This document shows positions 1 through 7,098 of a stretch of 40,785 nt of DNA, in pieces. This stretch comes from Myxococcota bacterium (GTDB taxonomy: Bacteria; Myxococcota_A; UBA796; GCA-2862545). The position numbers and the translations under genes are program-made. The stretch covers positions 1-40,785 of the forward strand of contig JBLFXJ010000020.1 of the NCBI GenBank assembly GCA_047609825.1. Reading direction: 5' to 3'. The first letter of the stretch is position 1. Every line of letters begins with the position of its first letter. The notes under the pieces are model-generated. The model ran no database searches, was not told the DNA's origin, and saw only the letters and a program-made list of their open reading frames with translations.

Positions 1-465
1 TCGGTCCACACCGAGGCGTGGATCCGCACCCGGGACGGCGCGGTGCGGGTCCGGGGTGCGGTGCCCCTCGATCCGGTCGCGGTGGCCGAAGCCCTGCCGG
101 GTGAGGAGGCCGGTCCGTTCACCATCGTGCTCGCGCTGTCGGGTCGGTTCCGGAGCTTCTATGCCGATCGGCCGCTGCCGGAGGGCGTCGACCCCGCCGC
201 GATTCAGCTCGACGGTCGACCCGCGCGGATGGTGGTGGGTGGCTCGGCCGACCTGGTGGCGAACAACCCGGCGCTGGTGGAGAACGCGGTGGACTGGCTG
301 CTGGAGGACGCCGCCCTGGTAGACGTTCGCACCCGCGGTGGCGGCACCGCCGTGCTGCGTGCCCCCGACCCCACCACCGCCCTGTGGCTCAAGGCGGGAA
401 TCGTCGGCGCGCCGCTGGCTGTGCTGTTCCTCGTCGGCCTCGTGGCCCGCCGGAGGCGCCGGTGA
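1..465 (+). CDS. C-terminal fragment of a GldG-like ABC-transporter-associated protein; the 5' end lies outside the window
   Basis: The ORF is open from base 1 in frame 1 and ends with TGA at 463-465. It carries the motif NAVDWLLED..LVDVR followed by a C-terminal TM helix and an RRRRR tail, which is typical of GldG C-termini. The next gene is a DUF4340 protein, the canonical GldG neighbour. Confidence 0.5.
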   Translation, partial: SVHTEAWIRTRDGAVRVRGAVPLDPVAVAEALPGEEAGPFTIVLALSGRFRSFYADRPLPEGVDPAAIQLDGRPARMVVGGSADLVANNPALVENAVDWLLEDAALVDVRTRGGGTAVLRAPDPTTALWLKAGIVGAPLAVLFLVGLVARRRRR

Positions 466-1769
466 CCCGCCCGCGCACCACCTGGGTGCTGCTCGCGGTG
501 CTGTTCGCGCTCGTCTCACTGGATCTGGGCCTGCGCGCCGTGTTGGTGGTGGACGACGCGCCCGTGCCCGAGTGGGCCACTGTGCCTCGGGGCCAGGTCG
601 ACGGCGTGGTGCTCACCCGCCAGGAAGTGGTGGTGCGGCTCGCGCGGGACGATGACGGCCTGTGGACCGTCATCGAGCCGTTCTCTGACCGTGCAGATCC
701 GGCGGCCGTGGTGGCGCTGCTCGATGCGGTGACTCGCGGAGGGCTGCTCGAGGCGCGGGTGGAGGATGACCCCGAGCTGCACGACACATACGGGCTCGCG
801 GGGATCGATCCGATCCGGGTAGCGCTCACCGGGGGCGAGGAGGTGCTCGCCGAGCTGTACATCGGTCGCGATGGGCCCGGGCGCACCACTTTCGTCCGGC
901 TCCCCGGGGCCGATGACGTGTACCGCGCCCGTCTCGGTGGTCGCTCCGTGGCGGACCGTCCCCCAGGCGCGTGGCGCGATCCCACCCTGCTCGCGGTGGC
1001 CCCCGATGACGTGCTCGCCCTGACCGTCCGCGGGCGCGCCGAGCTGTCGTTCGTGCGCGCTTCGGGTCTGGACGGCGCCGGTGGCTGGCTGCTGGAGGGT
1101 CGGCCGGATCTGCCGCTGGACCTCCCCTCGGTCGAGGCCCTCGTGGCGGCGTTCGCCGAGCTGAAGGCACTGGAGGTGCTGCCCGCGCCGCCGGCCGAGC
1201 TGGAGACCCCCGACCTGGTGGTGGATGTGGTGCTCGCCTCGGGCACGGAGACCTTCCGGTTCTCCGCACTCCGGGGCCAGGCGTTCGGGATGCGTGAGCG
1301 CGACGGTCGGGCGTTCCGGGTGCGGTTCGAGCTGCTCTCGGCGCTGGCTCGACCCGTGGCCACCTGGCGCGATCGCACCTTGCTCCGGGTCGACCCCGAG
1401 CGCCTCACCGAGCTGGTGCTCCGGGATGCGGGCGGCGAGGCCGTGCTGTACCGGGAGGGCGGCGAGTGGCAGGCGCGCTCGGTGGGCGTGGATGTGGACC
1501 CTGCCCTGGTCGCGCAGGCGGCGCGGTTCCTCGCAACCCTGGCGGTCGAGGGGTGGGCGGTGGTGCCCCCCGAATCCGCCGGGTTCCCGGGCGCGGAGTC
1601 AGTGGTCCTCCGCGGCGACGGTGTGCGGGTGATCGAGATCGGCGGTCGGGTGCCCGAGCGCCCGCCGGGCCGCGAGGCGCTGTTCGTGCGCATGGCCGAT
1701 GCGCCGGACCAGGTCGGGGCGATTCCCGCCCGCACCTGGAGCGCGTTGCTGCGCGCGTGGGGGCGCTGA
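462..1769 (+). CDS. DUF4340 domain protein with an N-terminal TM anchor (the GldG partner)
   Basis: A GTG at 462 is in frame with the 384..1769 ORF and overlaps the upstream stop (GTGA). The N-terminal hydrophobic segment is WVLLAVLFALVSLDLGL, followed by a long Ala/Leu/Arg-rich soluble region as in DUF4340 proteins. The start is uncertain and could be an upstream ATG. Confidence 0.5.
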   Translation: MTRPRTTWVLLAVLFALVSLDLGLRAVLVVDDAPVPEWATVPRGQVDGVVLTRQEVVVRLARDDDGLWTVIEPFSDRADPAAVVALLDAVTRGGLLEARVEDDPELHDTYGLAGIDPIRVALTGGEEVLAELYIGRDGPGRTTFVRLPGADDVYRARLGGRSVADRPPGAWRDPTLLAVAPDDVLALTVRGRAELSFVRASGLDGAGGWLLEGRPDLPLDLPSVEALVAAFAELKALEVLPAPPAELETPDLVVDVVLASGTETFRFSALRGQAFGMRERDGRAFRVRFELLSALARPVATWRDRTLLRVDPERLTELVLRDAGGEAVLYREGGEWQARSVGVDVDPALVAQAARFLATLAVEGWAVVPPESAGFPGAESVVLRGDGVRVIEIGGRVPERPPGREALFVRMADAPDQVGAIPARTWSALLRAWGR

Positions 1770-1789
1770 AACGCGGGCGGGACGTTGAC

Positions 1790-4051
1790 GTGGGCACGTC
1801 GCCCGTGGATTCATGGCGCCGCACTACCGTCCTCTCCGGAGCGATCGTGTCTGATCCAGCTGCGCTCAGCATCCTACGGACTGCTCTCACTGTGCAAGGC
1901 GCACCCACGCTCTCGGACGACACGCTCGCCGCGTTGGCCGAGCTCGTGGTCCGGCTCGAGGTGGCCGAAGGCACCGTCCTCGCAGACCTGCACTCGGCCG
2001 GAACGTGTGTCTGGTTCGTGGAGTCGGGGGGGATTCTCGTCGATATCGCACCGCGTCCGCGCCTCGTCGGGCCCGCACAGGTGCTCGGTGAGATGGGGGT
2101 GCTGCACAACGCCAGCCGAGCGGCCCGGCTGGTGGCCGAGGCGCCGTCTGTGCTGTTGCAGGTCGACCGCGCCCAGCTCGACCCGTTGCTCCGGTCCCAC
2201 CCCGACCTGCTCGCGGCGTTCGCCGCGGTGGCGAGCGCCCGCCGGCTCGCGGTCGCGCTCGAGCTGGCCATGGCCCGAGCGTTCCCGTCGCTCGACCAGT
2301 CCTCTCGCGATCAGCTGATCGAGGGCGTCGAGTGGGTGGAACTCAAGCGGGGTGAGGTGCTGTTCGAAGAGGGGGCGGAAGCCACGTCCGGCTACCTCGT
2401 AGTGAGCGGCGGGGTGCTCGCGGTGTCGCAGCGCGGTGAGGACTGGCGCGTGTATGGCCACGCCTCCGCTGGCGAGCCGGTGGGCGAGATCGGTATCGTC
2501 TCCACTGCACCGCGCACGGCCACGGTGGTGGCGAAGGTCGACAGCTGGCTCGCCGGGTTCGCCCGCGAGTCCCTGCTCACCGTGCTGTCGCGGCGTCCGA
2601 AGGCGCTACTCGACATCGTCGACACGGTGGTCCGCCGCTTGCACACCCGCGGCCGTGACCTGCCGTCGGTGAAGAACCGGGTGGTCCTGCTCCCGCTGGA
2701 TCCCCGCGTGGACGTGCGCGCCGTCGCGGAAGGGATGGCCGCCGCGGCCGCGTCATGGGGCACGAGCCTCATCCGCGACCGGTCGGAGATGGAGCGCGAC
2801 GGGCTGGTCATCGCGGGGGCGGATCCGGAGACGCCCGGGGCTTGGGTGCGGATGAAGACGTGGCTCGACCTGCAGCGCCATGACGCGACCCATGTGTTCC
2901 TCATCGGCGATCCGGAGCCGAGCGCGTGGAACCGACGCCTGGCCGTGGACGCCGACACCGTGCTGCTGGTGGCGAGCGCCGACGGTACGCCGACGGTGTC
3001 GCCGGTGGAGGGCGCACTACCGCAGCAGATCGTCGACGCCCCGTGGCACCTCGAGCGGTCGCTGGTGTTGGTGCATCCCGCCTCGACGCCCCTGCCCAGC
3101 GGAACAGCCGCGTGGCTCGACGCCCGGCATCTCGACACTTGGTTCCATGTGCGTGCAGGCCGGTCGGATGACCTGGGGCGGGTGGCCCGGTTCCTCGCTG
3201 GGCGCTCCGTCGGGCTCGCGCTGAGCGGCGGCGCGGCCCGGAGCATCGCCCACATCGGCACCTACCAGGCACTGCGGGAGAGCGGGGTTGCGGTGGACCG
3301 GCTGTCGGGCACGTCCGCCGGCGCCATGGTGGGAGCGTTGATCGCCGAAGATGGGCCGTTGCCGGACATCCTCCCCCGAGTGGACGCCGCCATCGCGGTG
3401 TTCGGGGCGACCTGGAAGTCCCTCACGCTGCCCATCGTCAGCCTCGTGGCCAGCCAGCGCGCCGAGGGCGCGCTGAAGTCCCTGTTCGGCGAGCGCCGGA
3501 TCGAGGACCTGTGGATCCCGCTCGACGTGGTCACCACCGACTTGTCGGCCGGTCGTGCAGCCGTGCATGGAACGGGGCCGATCTGGCAGCTGGCCCTGGC
3601 GAGCGGCTCGCCACCCGGGGTGGCGCCGCCGGTGGTGCTGGATGGCCACATGCACTGCGATGGGGGTGTGGTGGACAACCTGCCGGTGGGCGCGCTGGTA
3701 AACGCTGGCTGCAGGGTGTGTCTCGCGTCGTCGGTCGGGCTCGCGCTGGACGGGGAGGTGCGCGAGGTGATCCCGGGCCCGTGGTCGGTGATCTGGCATC
3801 GCCTGCGCGGCGTGCCGCTCACCGGTGTGCCCACGTTGCCCGAGGTGGTGGTGCGGGCCATGGGAATGGCCGGCTACGCCAGCGAGGACCAATACGGCGG
3901 CGCCATCGACATCGCGTTCCATCCGCCGGTCGGCCACATCTCGGTGGTGGACTTCCACCGATCCGAGGAGCTCGTGCGCATCGGTGCGGCCCACGCGCTG
4001 GAGGTGCTGGCCGAGGGCCATCCCCTGCTCTCGGGGGGCACCCATGAGTGA
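1790..4051 (+). CDS. Patatin-like phospholipase with two N-terminal cyclic-nucleotide-binding (cNMP/CAP) domains (NTE-like)
   Basis: Two cNMP-binding signatures are present (GEMGVL...RAARLVA and GEPVGEIGIV...RTATVVA). The patatin glycine-rich loop and catalytic-dyad motifs are GLALSGGAARSIAHIG, GTSAG (G-x-S-x-G) and HCDGGVVDNLPV (the DGG Asp). The start is taken as GTG 1790, in frame just after the DUF4340 stop; the ORF is open from 1466, so the start is uncertain. Confidence 0.8.
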   Translation: MGTSPVDSWRRTTVLSGAIVSDPAALSILRTALTVQGAPTLSDDTLAALAELVVRLEVAEGTVLADLHSAGTCVWFVESGGILVDIAPRPRLVGPAQVLGEMGVLHNASRAARLVAEAPSVLLQVDRAQLDPLLRSHPDLLAAFAAVASARRLAVALELAMARAFPSLDQSSRDQLIEGVEWVELKRGEVLFEEGAEATSGYLVVSGGVLAVSQRGEDWRVYGHASAGEPVGEIGIVSTAPRTATVVAKVDSWLAGFARESLLTVLSRRPKALLDIVDTVVRRLHTRGRDLPSVKNRVVLLPLDPRVDVRAVAEGMAAAAASWGTSLIRDRSEMERDGLVIAGADPETPGAWVRMKTWLDLQRHDATHVFLIGDPEPSAWNRRLAVDADTVLLVASADGTPTVSPVEGALPQQIVDAPWHLERSLVLVHPASTPLPSGTAAWLDARHLDTWFHVRAGRSDDLGRVARFLAGRSVGLALSGGAARSIAHIGTYQALRESGVAVDRLSGTSAGAMVGALIAEDGPLPDILPRVDAAIAVFGATWKSLTLPIVSLVASQRAEGALKSLFGERRIEDLWIPLDVVTTDLSAGRAAVHGTGPIWQLALASGSPPGVAPPVVLDGHMHCDGGVVDNLPVGALVNAGCRVCLASSVGLALDGEVREVIPGPWSVIWHRLRGVPLTGVPTLPEVVVRAMGMAGYASEDQYGGAIDIAFHPPVGHISVVDFHRSEELVRIGAAHALEVLAEGHPLLSGGTHE

Positions 4052-5405
4052 CGTGCTGCAGCACGTGATCTATGCGATCTTTCGGGTGGGAGAGCGGCTC
4101 GGAGCTCCCCTGACCGCGGCCAGTCGAACGGGTGGTCCCCGCGGTGACCCTCGGTCGGAGCTGCGGTCGCAGGCCTACGATGTGGCGCACGCGGCCAGGT
4201 GCTGGCGGGCGCGGCGGATGCGGCTCGCGCCCGGTGCCGTGGACCGGGTGGGGGCGGAGCTGACCGCGACCGAACGCCTGGGCCCTGCGGACTCTCTCGA
4301 CGCGGTGCTGCCGGAGGGGTGGACCGACGGCAACGCGGTGCGGCTGCTGGCGCGGAACTCCGAGGATCAGGCGCGTCGCCTGGCGCTGATCGCGGGTGCG
4401 TCCCGGTCCATCGTGTGTGCGTTCTGGTGCATCCGCGACGACGCCGTGGGGCACGCCTTCGTCGCCGCCCTCGCCGCCCGGGTGCGTGACGGGGTGGACG
4501 TGGTGGTGGTGCTCGACGCGAACGTCCTCGACCGATTCGCGTGGATTGAACAGTCATACGGTGCGTTTGTCACGTCGTTTGCGGCGCAGGGCGTGCCCCT
4601 GGTGGCGCTGCGGCCTGCGCAGCCGTGGCTGAACACACACCGCAAGCTGTTCGCGGTGGACGGCGAGGTCGCCATCGTCGGTGGACGGAACATCGGTGTG
4701 CCCTACGCCACCGACGGTGAGGGCACCTTCCTCGATACCGATCTCGAGATCAGCGGCCCGGGCGCCCTCGCTGTGCACCACCTGGTGGATCGGCTGGCCG
4801 GTCGCCCGCTGACAGAGCTGCCCATGCCCCCGGCCGCAGGGCCGGCCCGGGTGGCGGTGGTCGACCAGCCGGCGGGGCTCGACCCAGTGGACGACGCGGT
4901 CGTGCGGGCGCTGGTCCAGGCGGTGGTGCACGCCCGCGCGTCGGTGGAGATCGCGTTCGGGTACGTGATCCTGCCCGGCGCCCTCGAGCGGGCGCTGGTG
5001 CAGGCGGCAGCACGCGGCGTCGCGGTGCGGGTGCTCACCAACTCCCGGGCCACCAATGACTACCCGTACTGGGAGGGGGCCGCGTTCGCCTCCATCGACG
5101 CCTTGGTGCGGGCAGGGGTGCCGCTGTTCCTGATGCGGGAGCAGACATTGCACGCCAAGTTCGCCGTGGTGGACGGCCGCGTGTGCACGGTGGGCAGCCA
5201 CAACCTGTGGACCCTGTCCACCCTCCACGACGCCGAGACGAATCTGGTGGTGGATGACCCCGAGATCGCCGAGGCCCTGGTGGCGCTGTTCGACGAGCTG
5301 GTGGGCCAGGCGGACCGGGTCGAGCCCGACGGGTGGCAGGTGCCGGACAACCGCTCGCTGCGGCTGGCGAATGCGCTGATCTGGGCGTGGGAGGGGCGGG
5401 GGTAG
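4044..5405 (+). CDS. Phospholipase D-family protein with two HKD motifs (cardiolipin-synthase/PLD-like; a nuclease function is not excluded)
   Basis: ATG 4044 overlaps the upstream TGA in an ATGA arrangement. HKD motif 1 is HRKLFAVDGEVAIVGGRNIG and HKD motif 2 is HAKFAVVDGRVCTVGSHNLW. There is no N-terminal TM helix. Confidence 0.8.
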   Translation: MSDVLQHVIYAIFRVGERLGAPLTAASRTGGPRGDPRSELRSQAYDVAHAARCWRARRMRLAPGAVDRVGAELTATERLGPADSLDAVLPEGWTDGNAVRLLARNSEDQARRLALIAGASRSIVCAFWCIRDDAVGHAFVAALAARVRDGVDVVVVLDANVLDRFAWIEQSYGAFVTSFAAQGVPLVALRPAQPWLNTHRKLFAVDGEVAIVGGRNIGVPYATDGEGTFLDTDLEISGPGALAVHHLVDRLAGRPLTELPMPPAAGPARVAVVDQPAGLDPVDDAVVRALVQAVVHARASVEIAFGYVILPGALERALVQAAARGVAVRVLTNSRATNDYPYWEGAAFASIDALVRAGVPLFLMREQTLHAKFAVVDGRVCTVGSHNLWTLSTLHDAETNLVVDDPEIAEALVALFDELVGQADRVEPDGWQVPDNRSLRLANALIWAWEGRG

Positions 5406-5465
5406 CGAGTCGGCCGGTCGGCACGCGCTCACGGGCTGCCTTCGGAGCCGCACTGGCTCCGACCC

Positions 5466-5924
5466 TCAGCCCTCGCCGAGCAACGGCCGCAGCATCTCCA
5501 GGTCCAGCACGCACTCCCCGGGCCGGTTCTGCTTCTGAGGCCGAAGCGCGTCGGGCAGGTCATGCTGGATGGCCTCATCGAGTGTGTTCGGGAAGAACGC
5601 CACGGGCACCCGACCGCCCGGCTTCCAGCTGCCAAACCGGTTGAGCATCCGGCTCCCGCAGCGCCCACAGAACGCGCGAGTGATCGAGCCTCCCGGCTTG
5701 TGGAACTCCACGAGCAGGTCGGCGCCGCGGGTGAGAGTGAACGTCGATTCGTCGACGCAGGCCACGTGGTACAGCGGTGCGGCGTGGGCCCGGCGGCAGC
5801 TGTCGCAGTGGCAGTACGCGGTGAAGATCGGCGCGGCGCCCTCGGGGATGTGCACGGCGTAGGCGATGCCCCCGCAGTAGCAGTGGCCGGTGACATGGAC
5901 GGCGTCGGCGGGCGTGTTTGGCAT
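5466..5924 (-). CDS. GFA-family protein (glutathione-dependent formaldehyde-activating enzyme / CENP-V-like Zn-binding)
   Basis: The Cys pattern is CYC ... CHCDSC ... CGRCG. The start is taken at the internal Met of MPNTPADAVHV (ATG 5924..5922), giving about 153 aa. The longer ORF to 6026 adds an Arg/Leu-rich N-terminus that is unlikely to be real. Confidence 0.7.
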   Translation of the reverse strand: MPNTPADAVHVTGHCYCGGIAYAVHIPEGAAPIFTAYCHCDSCRRAHAAPLYHVACVDESTFTLTRGADLLVEFHKPGGSITRAFCGRCGSRMLNRFGSWKPGGRVPVAFFPNTLDEAIQHDLPDALRPQKQNRPGECVLDLEMLRPLLGEG

Positions 5925-6040
5925 GCACGTGGGTAACCCTCCGCCGGGCAGCTGGAGCAGAGCTGGCGCCAGCCGAGATCGGAGTCGGGGCTGGCGCATC
6001 TGCACAGTCCTGCACCGAGTGGCCATCCGTCGGATGCCGG

Positions 6041-6211
6041 TCTAGATGACCTCAACGCAGCTTCCGAACCGTCCTCGCACGCCCATGCGGCCCCCTCGCG
6101 CAGGCGTCGGACCGGGCAGATATACTCGATATTCCTTGGGTCCTCACCCGCACGAGGACACCACCTGGACGCGCGATCACCGGCTCGGCATCTCCGCCGA
6201 GGTCATCTAGA
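6041..6211. repeat. 171-bp element bounded by perfect 13-bp inverted repeats (TCTAGATGACCTC / GAGGTCATCTAGA) in the divergent GFA / thioredoxin-fold intergenic region
   Basis: The inverted repeats lie at 6041-6053 and 6199-6211. The 145-bp interior is AT-enriched relative to the genome and contains nested shorter inverted repeats (GTCCTCG...CGAGGAC) and a TATACT box. Confidence 0.6.
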
Positions 6212-6238
6212 TTCCTGGCGTTCGGGTCTGGAGGCACG

Positions 6239-7096
6239 ATGCGGTGGATGGCGTCTGCGGTGCTCCTGCTGGGTTGTGGCGGCGGCGGTGATGGCACTGT
6301 GGCCTGTGGCGAGGGGTCGGTCGACGACGGCACCGGCACCTGCGTGCCGGTGGAGGACGAACGCTGTCTCGAGGGGTTCGCGCAGACCAGCGGTGGCGAC
6401 TGCATCGAGGCGCCGGGAGCGGGCGGGGGGTCACTTCCGGGTGGCTCTGGCACCGGCGGCAGCGGCACGGGCACCGGCGGTACAGGCACGGGCACCGGCG
6501 GGACCGGGACTGGCACTGGGACTGGCACTGGCAGCCCCGCCGACTGCGACTACGAGGGGGGATGGCCCTGCAACCCCGCCAAGGGCAGCCTCGCCGACCC
6601 TGGACTGGACGGGCCGGGCCTGGAGGGCGGCATGCTGCCCCGGTTCGTCGGCATCGACCAGCATGGCGACGCGGTCGAGCTGTGGGACTTCCTCGGCCAC
6701 GGCCGCCCCGTGCTCGTGCAGTTCACCACTGGCTGGGCGCCACCCAGTGTGGCGATGAGCGAGTGGCTGACCGGTGGCGACGACCTCTTTGGCTACGGCT
6801 CTGCGCTGCCGGACGCCATCGCCGAGGGTCGGCTCGAGTACGTGAACCTGCTGCAGGACAGCGGGGGCGGCCCCAGCGCGGAATGTCCCAGGCACTGCGC
6901 TGACTATGCCTCGGAATTCTTCGGCCGCAACGAGGTCGCGGTGCTCGGCGATGGGGACTTCGCGATGTTCGATTGGCTCCGCCTGGCCTACTGGCCGTCG
7001 TTCCTGATCGTGGAGTCCGACGGCACCTTGTCGTGGGTCGAGGGGCAGAGCGGTGACGGGCACGAATGGGTGAGCGAGCTCGAAGATCGGCTGTGA
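6239..7096 (+). CDS. Thioredoxin-fold (TlpA/redoxin-like) lipoprotein with both active-site Cys replaced (WAPPS in place of WCxxC) and a Gly/Thr linker
   Basis: GGAGG lies 8 nt upstream of the ATG. The lipobox is LLLGC. The linker is (GTG)n low complexity. The motif PVLVQFTTGWAPPSVAMSEW aligns to the thioredoxin-fold active-site region but lacks the CxxC. Confidence 0.55.
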   Translation: MRWMASAVLLLGCGGGGDGTVACGEGSVDDGTGTCVPVEDERCLEGFAQTSGGDCIEAPGAGGGSLPGGSGTGGSGTGTGGTGTGTGGTGTGTGTGTGSPADCDYEGGWPCNPAKGSLADPGLDGPGLEGGMLPRFVGIDQHGDAVELWDFLGHGRPVLVQFTTGWAPPSVAMSEWLTGGDDLFGYGSALPDAIAEGRLEYVNLLQDSGGGPSAECPRHCADYASEFFGRNEVAVLGDGDFAMFDWLRLAYWPSFLIVESDGTLSWVEGQSGDGHEWVSELEDRL

Positions 7097-7098
7097 TC

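Noticed and set aside
389-1735. 448-aa minus-strand ORF antisense to the DUF4340 gene
   Set aside because: Its composition is Ser/Arg/Thr/Ala-rich, typical of an off-frame ORF in 70% GC DNA. It is fully overlapped by a better-supported plus-strand gene.
1790-4051. Possibility that the cNMP-patatin is a Pycsar/CBASS-type defence effector
   Set aside because: No nucleotide cyclase (CD-NTase or PycC) is adjacent. The cNMP+patatin architecture matches housekeeping NTE-like lipases. It is treated as lipid metabolism or signalling unless a cyclase partner is found.
6052-6528. 158-aa minus-strand ORF beginning MPVPVPVPVPP
   Set aside because: It is an artefact of reading the GT-linker coding repeat of the plus-strand lipoprotein on the opposite strand.
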